IMG/VR virus record: IMGVR_UViG_3300002920_000062
Location: 70,123-134,122 of that record
Length of the DNA stretch: 64,000 nt
Strand: one strand, 5' to 3'
Source: a virus
A program made the position numbers and the translations under genes. Under the pieces are notes generated by a model, which worked only from the letters and a program-made list of their open reading frames with translations, was not told the origin of the DNA and made no database searches. This document shows positions 1 through 7,245 of the stretch, one piece after another (the stretch's first letter is position 1; the number at the start of each line of letters is the position of its first letter).

Positions 1-1307
1 ATATGACAGGGGGGAAGAGCCATATGGTCAAGTTCGGACACATTCCAAGCTGACAAGATGTGTCTACGACCATTTGGATCAGTTTTAATACCCTCAATTA
101 AGTTTGAAAGTTGGTCTGTGTAGAATTTTTGCCTCCATTTGTATCCAGGAGTAGGATTTTCTTCTGTGATAGTCCACTGTCCCCAACGTTTTTTTCCATT
201 ATTTTTGGTAGGATCATCAAGTCCCTTTGCCCAGTTCTTTAAGAACGACGGGTTAGTGTATTTAAATACTTTACCTGTAACGTTATTAGTTGCAATAAAC
301 AACTTTCCTGATTTGCCAATTGGATTGTTCAGAATATAATTATTGTATTTTTCAGGTAAAAATATAGTAGTTTTTTTACTATAGCAATCCGCAGAATAAT
401 AATCTTTATCTAGTGTATACGATGGGTCATTGACCCAGTTTCTGAACCCTACTAGACCATGTATATCCCGATAAAAGTTAGCAAAACACCTCCAATTACT
501 GTCTACAAAAATACCAGCTTGCTTATAATATAGGGTCTTGCTCGGGTCACTACCGTGACATCTTTCCATCATATTTTGCCACAATTTATAAGCTCGGTTA
601 AGATATTCAGATTTTTTTTCTACAATGCCATAGCATCCTGTGCCATTTGCTACTGACATTGAGTATGGATTTTTTAAAGTTCCTGTTCGGATATTAGATC
701 TAGGAACTTCGCATATTGTTCGTATTCCTGTTGTAAACTGAATCTTGTAATAAGAATTACCGTCCCGTACGTCTAATTTAGATAACACAACATACGGTTC
801 TCCCTGTTTGTTTTTTCTATGAGTACCAACTAGGTCATCGCCGTTTGGTTCATCGGGTTTTATTAAGTCAATTTCAAGATGAAAGGGAGAGTTGTCACCT
901 AAATTGGTTTTTTCTTTGACAAGGGTTACTTCTGTTTGCCAGTTCTGTGATTCCCATGTTCTCCATCCAACACCGTATATTCTGCCCAAATCTCCGGGGA
1001 ATTTTGCTTTAGTTTGCCAATAAGCTGCTTGAGCATTTCCTGTCCATATCGTATTATATTTTGTATCTCTTGAGTGGTGTAAAATTTCTGCAAGTCTTCT
1101 CTCATCGTTACTTCCTTCTATAAACCACAATAACTCACTAACTACAGACTTCCAAGCTAACTTCTTGGTTGTTATAGCAGGGAAACCTTCTTGTAAGTTA
1201 AACCTAATCTGTCTACCAAATACAGCTAGAGTCCCCACCCCTGTCCTGTCTTGACGTAGTTCCCCGTTTGCTAAGATATCCTTAAGAAGAGCGTGGTACT
1301 GCTTCAT
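1..1307 (-). CDS. thyA: Thymidylate synthase (partial, continues past window start) with internal endonuclease-like insertion
   Basis: Not in the ORF track because its stop lies outside the window. Hand translation from ATG 1307 gives MKQYHALLKDIL..DRTGVGT..FPAITTKKLAWKSVVSELLWF..GDLGRIYGVGWR and, in the same frame, DQLSNLIEGIKTDPNGRRHILSAWNVSELDHMALPPCH (catalytic Cys at 6-8). It lies directly downstream of DHFR. Confidence 0.97.
   Translation of the reverse strand, partial: MKQYHALLKDILANGELRQDRTGVGTLAVFGRQIRFNLQEGFPAITTKKLAWKSVVSELLWFIEGSNDERRLAEILHHSRDTKYNTIWTGNAQAAYWQTKAKFPGDLGRIYGVGWRTWESQNWQTEVTLVKEKTNLGDNSPFHLEIDLIKPDEPNGDDLVGTHRKNKQGEPYVVLSKLDVRDGNSYYKIQFTTGIRTICEVPRSNIRTGTLKNPYSMSVANGTGCYGIVEKKSEYLNRAYKLWQNMMERCHGSDPSKTLYYKQAGIFVDSNWRCFANFYRDIHGLVGFRNWVNDPSYTLDKDYYSADCYSKKTTIFLPEKYNNYILNNPIGKSGKLFIATNNVTGKVFKYTNPSFLKNWAKGLDDPTKNNGKKRWGQWTITEENPTPGYKWRQKFYTDQLSNLIEGIKTDPNGRRHILSAWNVSELDHMALPPCH
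117..953 (-). mobile_element. In-frame HNH-family homing-endonuclease-like domain inside thyA
   Basis: 279 codons with no stop between WRTW and DQL. Motifs GTLKNPYSMSVANGTGCYG, AYKLWQNMMERC, WRCFANF and YTLDKDYYSADCYSKKTTIFLP are typical of phage HNH-type endonucleases. Exact insertion boundaries are uncertain. Confidence 0.8.
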
Positions 1308-1308
1308 G

Positions 1309-1755
1309 TTATTTTCTTCTCCAAATTTGATAGTCATGGTCTTCAAACTTTTCTTCTGAAACCATAACAAAATCATTATACAAAACATTCAGATCAATGA
1401 ATGTGTCACACTTGTAATCTTTTTTTACTAGCGTTAGATGGACCTCGTTGATATAACACCAGTGTGTGGAAATTATTTTGGCCCCACCTATCAACCAATA
1501 AAAATCAGGGTAATTATGTAAGCAGTCTACACAAGTTACATTTTCATGTTTAAACGGTTTGCTAGTTACTACAATATTATTACGATTAGGCAAAGGCTTA
1601 ACGGGTAAACTTTCCCAAGTATTTCTTCCCATAATTACAGGAAAATTACCAGTTAGCTTTTTAAATCTAGGTAAGTCTCCCTTGATATTTTTACAAGGGA
1701 GACTGTTTTTGTAACCTATTCCACCTGTTTTAGTTGAAGCAACTATCAGCTTCAT
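1309..1755 (-). CDS. folA: Dihydrofolate reductase
   Basis: Motifs GIGYKNSLP, VIMGRNTWESLPVKPLPNRNNIVVT, WLIGGA and CDTF; adjacent to thyA. Confidence 0.97.
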   Translation of the reverse strand: MKLIVASTKTGGIGYKNSLPCKNIKGDLPRFKKLTGNFPVIMGRNTWESLPVKPLPNRNNIVVTSKPFKHENVTCVDCLHNYPDFYWLIGGAKIISTHWCYINEVHLTLVKKDYKCDTFIDLNVLYNDFVMVSEEKFEDHDYQIWRRK

Positions 1756-2048
1756 AATCCATTTAATAATTTGTCTGTTTCGGGCTGAACTTCTTCTGCG
1801 ATAGACTGTATATTAAGAATAAACTCAATACCGACTACCTGGTCATCCAAGTCAATAAGCTTTTCAGTTATAATTTCTTCAATCTCTTTTGATTCATAAC
1901 CTGATTCAATCAACTTTTGAACATTGATTGATTGCCTCCTACGCCCCCTTAACTTCAAAATAAACTTCTTTACAAAGTGTAAAGGGATAACCTCTTTGTC
2001 TACACCCTCTAATAGTTTTTCCCATTTTTCGACAAACTCTGGTGACAT
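1752..2048 (-). CDS. Hypothetical phage protein (98 aa)
   Basis: ORF track; overlaps the DHFR start by 4 nt. Confidence 0.8.
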   Translation of the reverse strand: MSPEFVEKWEKLLEGVDKEVIPLHFVKKFILKLRGRRRQSINVQKLIESGYESKEIEEIITEKLIDLDDQVVGIEFILNIQSIAEEVQPETDKLLNGL

Positions 2049-2057
2049 TGTAAAACC

Positions 2058-2765
2058 TTAATTGTCAGAACTTTTCTTTGGCCGTCCTCTGGTGTTTTTC
2101 TCGGTTACAGGAACTGATGAAACTGCTTGGAGGACTTTGGGGTTAGAATCTAGCCGATTGGCCTCTGCAATCAACCTATCTGCTTCTATAAGTAAACTCT
2201 TAGCTTCTGATGCCATCTTAAGTGCTTGCTGACGTAGATTGGTGGCAATTGAGTTGTCATCAAGCACTTGGTTTGTGGCAACTAATGGCTGTACAACAGG
2301 TATTTCAGTTGTAGCATCCTTGAACTCGCGCATCCTTTTAGCAACTTGTGCTGGATCTTGAATACCAGCCTGTGCATCCATTTCCTGTAGTTTCTTGATT
2401 GCTTCTTCACCTTTTTCCATTTCGTCTAGTATCTTGTTAAGCTCGCTTAGCTTAATTCTAGTATTGGGAGCAGGGGTCATGACAATCTGTTCTGTCTGAA
2501 CCTTTTTAAGCTGTCCCTCAGCATGAAGCTTCTGTAGAATAATCTTACCGTCTGTAGTATACGACCTGTTAAGTGCTTCGGCCAATGATGCACTATTTTG
2601 ACCGATATCACTTTCAATAGTGCGGATTAAAGGATCATGAATTGTTCTGTTTAGTAGCTCGGTATAAACAACCAAGCACATATGTGGCTCGCCCGGAATT
2701 TCTCTATAGACAACCGCAACTTTACGGTCTCCGTGCTTACCAACGTGTTTTAGAAATTGTGCCAT
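2058..2765 (-). CDS. Hypothetical phage protein with coiled-coil C-terminus (235 aa)
   Basis: ORF track; RBS-like GGAG and a late-promoter-like AGTAAATA upstream (2788-2795). Confidence 0.85.
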   Translation of the reverse strand: MAQFLKHVGKHGDRKVAVVYREIPGEPHMCLVVYTELLNRTIHDPLIRTIESDIGQNSASLAEALNRSYTTDGKIILQKLHAEGQLKKVQTEQIVMTPAPNTRIKLSELNKILDEMEKGEEAIKKLQEMDAQAGIQDPAQVAKRMREFKDATTEIPVVQPLVATNQVLDDNSIATNLRQQALKMASEAKSLLIEADRLIAEANRLDSNPKVLQAVSSVPVTEKNTRGRPKKSSDN

Positions 2766-2820
2766 ATTTTACTCCGTTTCTCAACAGTATTTACTAATGT
2801 TGTCAACAGAGAAAATATTT

Positions 2821-3108
2821 TTACAAACACTGCCACATAAACATCATGGCATCATTTTTTCGTGAGAAGCTGATGGCAGAGGGGTAAACAGAACAGATTT
2901 TTTCACCAACTATAATTCTAATATCCTGTGAAGTTTGTATGCTATAATAGCCGCCCGACTTGTGTTCTTTTAGCCACTTTTTCAGTTCCGGAGCTAAATC
3001 GTATATGATTCCGCCTAATCCGCCCAGGGCAGCACGTTTAAGTTTGAGGTGAGAGTCTGTAATCTCTACTGCTACCCACCCGAACCCGATGTATTCTACC
3101 TGTCGCAT
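2821..3108 (-). CDS. Small hypothetical protein (95 aa)
   Basis: ORF track; tightly packed with neighbours. Confidence 0.7.
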   Translation of the reverse strand: MRQVEYIGFGWVAVEITDSHLKLKRAALGGLGGIIYDLAPELKKWLKEHKSGGYYSIQTSQDIRIIVGEKICSVYPSAISFSRKNDAMMFMWQCL

Positions 3109-3111
3109 ATA

Positions 3112-3378
3112 TTATCCAAAGGCAAGCTCATAAAGCATTAATTCTTTTGGATCTTCAAAATAAATATCGTATTGTGCAAAATAAATATCGTGTAGTGTTC
3201 CGTATAGTGATCTATACGCTCTCTTAACTGCATAACGCCCGGTGGTTTTTTCTTCAACCCACGCGATTCCATCGCTAGTTAAAGGTACAGAAGACTTTAG
3301 GAAGTGTACAGGAATATAGTCTAACTTACGTTTACCGAACCATTCCCTGAGGTTGATATCGTTGATTGTCTTTACCAT
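3112..3378 (-). CDS. Small hypothetical protein (88 aa)
   Basis: ORF track; tightly packed with neighbours. Confidence 0.75.
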   Translation of the reverse strand: MVKTINDINLREWFGKRKLDYIPVHFLKSSVPLTSDGIAWVEEKTTGRYAVKRAYRSLYGTLHDIYFAQYDIYFEDPKELMLYELAFG

Positions 3379-3433
3379 GACATTAGACTCAATTAGTATC
3401 TTGCGATAGTATTAGCCTTCCAAACATAGATTG

Positions 3434-4768
3434 TCACTTTTCATGTTCATCGTAATATGCGTAGGTGCCATGGGGCGGGATGATATCTCCTGAACCATAA
3501 ATAATCCAAGTTGTATCCGTATAGTCCGGATCTCCCCAACGATGACAATAGCCGTCAGTGAAGATGATAAGACGAGTAGGAACCTCGCCCACTTCCTTGA
3601 GATAATTGTAGATACAATCAAAGTCAGTACCACCCCCACCCATCAGGTCGTACTCCTCAATGTTTTCCATGTTCTCGGAAGTAAATTCTTGGACGTTATA
3701 TACTTTGGTGTCAAAAGTGCCGACCTTGAGCTTGTAGCTATCAAATGCATCCATCATGCCTGCAACTTCGCTGATAAACTGCATACCCTGCTTCCGGCTA
3801 ATAGAGCCTGACATATCAATCATGACCATAACGTCAATTTCCTCACCGGGGGTCATACCAGGCATAATCGCGTCCATATGCCAAGAACGCCTTGACGGGC
3901 GCATCCAAGAATAATTGGTCTTGATAGCCGAAGTGAGATTGGTCTGAATCAACTCACGCCACGGCATAACAGGTTCAGTAAGCTCCTGAATAATTCGACG
4001 AATTCCGGCAGGAACATCACCGGGATTTTTCTCTTGCTGTATAGCCGAAATCATCGCCTGAATAAGCTCTTGGCGGGCTTCCTCAAGATCTTTGTCAGAC
4101 ATTTTCGGACGATTGTCGCGTTGTTCGTCGTCCTCACCACCGTCCTCTAGGATATCGCCGTCATCGCTGCCGAGCTTGTTCTGGCTGACCTGTTGCCGGC
4201 TTTCATCATCATCTCCTTCATCGAGGTGATGGTCAATCATCTGTCTAATCAAGGCATTGAAGTCAATCTTGTTGGCATTCTTCATGAGGTCGTCATAGAT
4301 AGCCTCAGAAGTCATGCCATGGTACTTCTTGTCATAGAGACAAGGAACAGTGGTAATCATTTCACCAATACGGTGCTGATAAAGGTCAGCATTAACCGCG
4401 AAGTCAGCGGCGATATTCCAAACCATATGGTCTCGGTGTGCCTTACGACCCAAGTGATCATAAACAACGTGAAGCAACTCGTGACCAAAAAGAAACTGGA
4501 TTTCCTTGACACGAAGCATGTTGATGAAACGGCTATTGTAGTAGAAATTCCTGCCATCGGTTGCAGCAGTAGAAAGCCAATCGTCACTATTGACAAGCTT
4601 CAAACGAACAGCAAGGTTACCAAAGAACGGGGAACTCATAAGCATAAAAGTGCGCGCAGTAATCATCTTTTCACGCGCCTCATAGTCTACACGACTATCA
4701 GTAGGACCAATGAGATTATCAAGCTTATCATTGCGTTCGCGCTTTGATGCAGTAGTATTGCTGGCCAT
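3434..4768 (-). CDS. Metallopeptidase-like (HExxH) plus vWA domain protein, partner of MoxR ATPase
   Basis: GHELLH motif, AATDG, MIDAS-like IDMSGS, GGGGTDF, IIFTDG; next to a MoxR-type ATPase. Confidence 0.9.
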   Translation of the reverse strand: MASNTTASKRERNDKLDNLIGPTDSRVDYEAREKMITARTFMLMSSPFFGNLAVRLKLVNSDDWLSTAATDGRNFYYNSRFINMLRVKEIQFLFGHELLHVVYDHLGRKAHRDHMVWNIAADFAVNADLYQHRIGEMITTVPCLYDKKYHGMTSEAIYDDLMKNANKIDFNALIRQMIDHHLDEGDDDESRQQVSQNKLGSDDGDILEDGGEDDEQRDNRPKMSDKDLEEARQELIQAMISAIQQEKNPGDVPAGIRRIIQELTEPVMPWRELIQTNLTSAIKTNYSWMRPSRRSWHMDAIMPGMTPGEEIDVMVMIDMSGSISRKQGMQFISEVAGMMDAFDSYKLKVGTFDTKVYNVQEFTSENMENIEEYDLMGGGGTDFDCIYNYLKEVGEVPTRLIIFTDGYCHRWGDPDYTDTTWIIYGSGDIIPPHGTYAYYDEHEK

Positions 4769-4793
4769 ATAAACTCCTGTTGTTAATGTAACT

Positions 4794-4822
4794 TGTATAT
4801 CAGTTTCCGACTTTTACGTCAA
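4794..4822 (-). promoter_or_regulatory. Sigma70-like early promoter for the vWA gene (second copy ~5520-5548 for the chimeric gene)
   Basis: Minus strand TTGACG-N17-TATACA, followed by AGGAG RBS and ATG. Confidence 0.7.
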
Positions 4823-4840
4823 GTGTTTTTACAGAACATG

Positions 4841-4871
4841 AAAGAAATAATGGGGGACTAAACCCCCCATT
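4841..4871 (-). terminator. Rho-independent terminator (second copy ~5567-5598)
   Basis: Minus strand AATGGGGGG-TTTAGT-CCCCCATT hairpin followed by ATTTCTTT. Confidence 0.7.
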
Positions 4872-4918
4872 TAATAGAGCCGAAATCCCCGTCGCTATCT
4901 TCAGGGTTAGTCCTTGAG

Positions 4919-5494
4919 TTAAATATACTTGCCGTAATTCTCAGTAAGACGACCCATCGCAGTCAACCGGCGTGGGTCAACGGGGAACTTATAAGGGAAT
5001 AGGTAAACATTAAGGGCAATCTTAGCGCCCAGAATAACCAGTTCTTCCTCGAAGTTGTCCATCATATAATTCAAGAAGTTGTCGAACATCTTGTGAAACT
5101 CTTCATTATCGAAGTTATCGCTATTGAGATAATCACGAAGTTCGTTGCACATAGAAACAATAAGAAAGTACATTACAAAAATATCCCTGGTGTTGAGTTT
5201 CTTTACCTTGCCGGTCAGAATGTCAATGGGCTTGGGCATATGACAAGCAATGTCAATATTTTCATCCTGGATAAGGTCACTAGCGTGATTGGTCTGAATC
5301 AACTCACGCCACGACATAACAGGTTCAGTAAGTTGCTTAACAATTCGATGAATGCTGACGGGAACATCACTGGAATTTTCCTCTTGCTGTGCATAAAAAA
5401 TCATCGCCTGAACAAGCTCTTGGCAAACTTCATAGTCTACATTGTCAAGCTTATCATTATATTCGCGCTTTGATGCAGTAGTATTGCTGGCCAT
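4919..5494 (-). CDS. Chimeric vWA(N-terminal fragments)/MoxR(C-terminal) protein
   Basis: Begins MASNTTASKRE like the vWA gene, contains QELVQAM..LTEPVMSWRELIQTN (vWA), then SDLIQDENID and HMPKPIDILTGK..LTENYGKYI (MoxR). Confidence 0.85.
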   Translation of the reverse strand: MASNTTASKREYNDKLDNVDYEVCQELVQAMIFYAQQEENSSDVPVSIHRIVKQLTEPVMSWRELIQTNHASDLIQDENIDIACHMPKPIDILTGKVKKLNTRDIFVMYFLIVSMCNELRDYLNSDNFDNEEFHKMFDNFLNYMMDNFEEELVILGAKIALNVYLFPYKFPVDPRRLTAMGRLTENYGKYI

Positions 5495-5633
5495 ATAAAC
5501 TCCTGTTGTTAATGTAACTTGTATATCAGTTTCCGACTTTTACGTCAAGTGTTTTTACAGAACATGAAAGAAATAATGGGGGGACTAAACCCCCCATTTA
5601 ATAGAGCCGAAGCCCCCGTCACCGTCGTCAAAA

Positions 5634-6731
5634 TTAGTCCTTGAGGTAAATATACTTGCCGTAATTCTCAGTAAGACGATCCATCGCAGTTAACCGGTGT
5701 GGGTCAACGGGGAACTTGTAAGTCTTGAGGGCAACCCTAACGCCCATGATAACCAGTTCCGTTTCGAAGTTGTCCATCATATAATTCAAGAAGTTGTCGA
5801 ACATCTTGTGGAACTCTTCGATATCACGGTTATCGCTATTGAGATAAGCACGAAGTTCATAGCACATAGAAACAGCAAGCGAATACATCGCCGAGATTTC
5901 CTTGGTCTTGAGATTCTTTTCCTTGCCGGTCAGAATGTCAATGGGCTTGGGCATATGCTGGGCAACCTTACGATGAGCCATGAACTTGACAGCAAGACCA
6001 TCGCCAACAGCACCCGAAACTAGGGTAAGTAGGGTATTCTTATCGATATTGTCGTCCTGAATCAGGTCGCTAACGAAAGTCCACGAACGCGGAGTAGCAA
6101 ACGCACGACTCGAAGACTTGGCGTCGAAGTCATACAGATCCTGCTTAGCGAACGAGAGATAACCAACAACGTCCTTATGGATGCCCTTTTCAATGGCCCA
6201 TTCTTGCCAGCTTTCAAAGTCCGGCCTCATTTCAATGTGGATAAATCGATTAGCAAGTGGCATGGGCATACGATAAGTAACTCCCTTGTCACTATCCCGA
6301 TTACCGGCCGCGATAATCACAACGTTGTCGGGAAGAACATACTTGCCAACGCGACGATTTAGAACCAGCTGATAACCAGCAGCCTGAACCGCGGGAGGAG
6401 CAGAGTTCATTTCGTCAAGGAAAAGAACAACGACGGGATACTGATCGGCAAGTTCTTGCGAAGGAAGGTCAACAGGCTCGGCCCAATCCATCTTGACGAT
6501 TTCCTTGTTATAGTAAGGAATACCACGAATGTCAGTAGGTTCCATCTGAGCCATACGAAGATCGACCATGACACCGCCAAGCTCATTGGCAATGCTTTCA
6601 ACGATCTCACTCTTACCGATGCCCGGAGGGCCCCAAAGGAAGACAGGACGCTTTGCCCGGAACGCAGTTAGAATGGCCTTACGGGCCTGTACCGGAGTAA
6701 CGGTGTGATTTTCAGAAATCTTTGACGACAT
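5634..6731 (-). CDS. moxR: MoxR-family AAA+ ATPase
   Basis: Walker A WGPPGIGKS, Walker B LFLDE, AAGNR, LANRF, FATPRSW; upstream TTGACT-N17-TAGAAC promoter-like site. Confidence 0.92.
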   Translation of the reverse strand: MSSKISENHTVTPVQARKAILTAFRAKRPVFLWGPPGIGKSEIVESIANELGGVMVDLRMAQMEPTDIRGIPYYNKEIVKMDWAEPVDLPSQELADQYPVVVLFLDEMNSAPPAVQAAGYQLVLNRRVGKYVLPDNVVIIAAGNRDSDKGVTYRMPMPLANRFIHIEMRPDFESWQEWAIEKGIHKDVVGYLSFAKQDLYDFDAKSSSRAFATPRSWTFVSDLIQDDNIDKNTLLTLVSGAVGDGLAVKFMAHRKVAQHMPKPIDILTGKEKNLKTKEISAMYSLAVSMCYELRAYLNSDNRDIEEFHKMFDNFLNYMMDNFETELVIMGVRVALKTYKFPVDPHRLTAMDRLTENYGKYIYLKD

Positions 6732-6826
6732 AAGAACTCCTAAGTGTAGTTTGGCTGATATAGAGCGTTTCTCTATGCCCTCGTTCTACAATAGCTGGCT
6801 TGACAAGTCAACCGATTTTTTCATCA

Positions 6827-7096
6827 TTATGAAAATAATCTTGCCATGAAGATATATCTATCTAAAATCTTTTTTGCCGCAAAGATTTCCTCACGGACCG
6901 TTTGAATTTCTTCGAGAACAGATTGCCTACGAGTTTGACGATATGTTACTTCAAGGCGGCTCATTTGTGATACCATACGATAGATATTCATATACATTTT
7001 ATTCAAATCATGATTGAAAGGGAGTTTAGCAATATTATAGTCTTGCTTATTGAGCATTTCTATAATATCCAAGGCTGTCATTTCAATCTGTTTCAT
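6827..7096 (-). CDS. Hypothetical protein (89 aa)
   Basis: ORF track; TATAAATA at 7102-7109 immediately upstream. Confidence 0.8.
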   Translation of the reverse strand: MKQIEMTALDIIEMLNKQDYNIAKLPFNHDLNKMYMNIYRMVSQMSRLEVTYRQTRRQSVLEEIQTVREEIFAAKKILDRYIFMARLFS

Positions 7097-7245
7097 GCCA
7101 CTATTTATATAGATTTTTGGGTAGATGTCAACTACTTTATTTGATGATACTAGAATAATCCTTAGAATATAAACCCCTGTTGCTTAAGGTAACTTGTCAT
7201 CTACAAGTAAAAAGGTAAATCTGCTTTTTGAATACTTTGGAATTG

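Larger units (their letters stand above)
4736..5611. repeat. Direct repeat (offset ~726 bp) of MoxR 3' end, terminator, promoter and vWA 5' end
   Basis: 4736-4884 and 5462-5611 are identical except one extra G. Flanking coding homology extends on both sides at lower identity. Confidence 0.95.

Noticed and set aside
117-953. Group I intron or intein in thyA
   Set aside because: The whole insert is open and in frame with both flanks; no non-coding core or intein terminal motifs recognised. Experimental exclusion is still needed.
4919-5960. Diversity-generating retroelement (template/variable repeat pair)
   Set aside because: Differences between chimera and MoxR include many non-adenine changes and indels; no reverse transcriptase seen.
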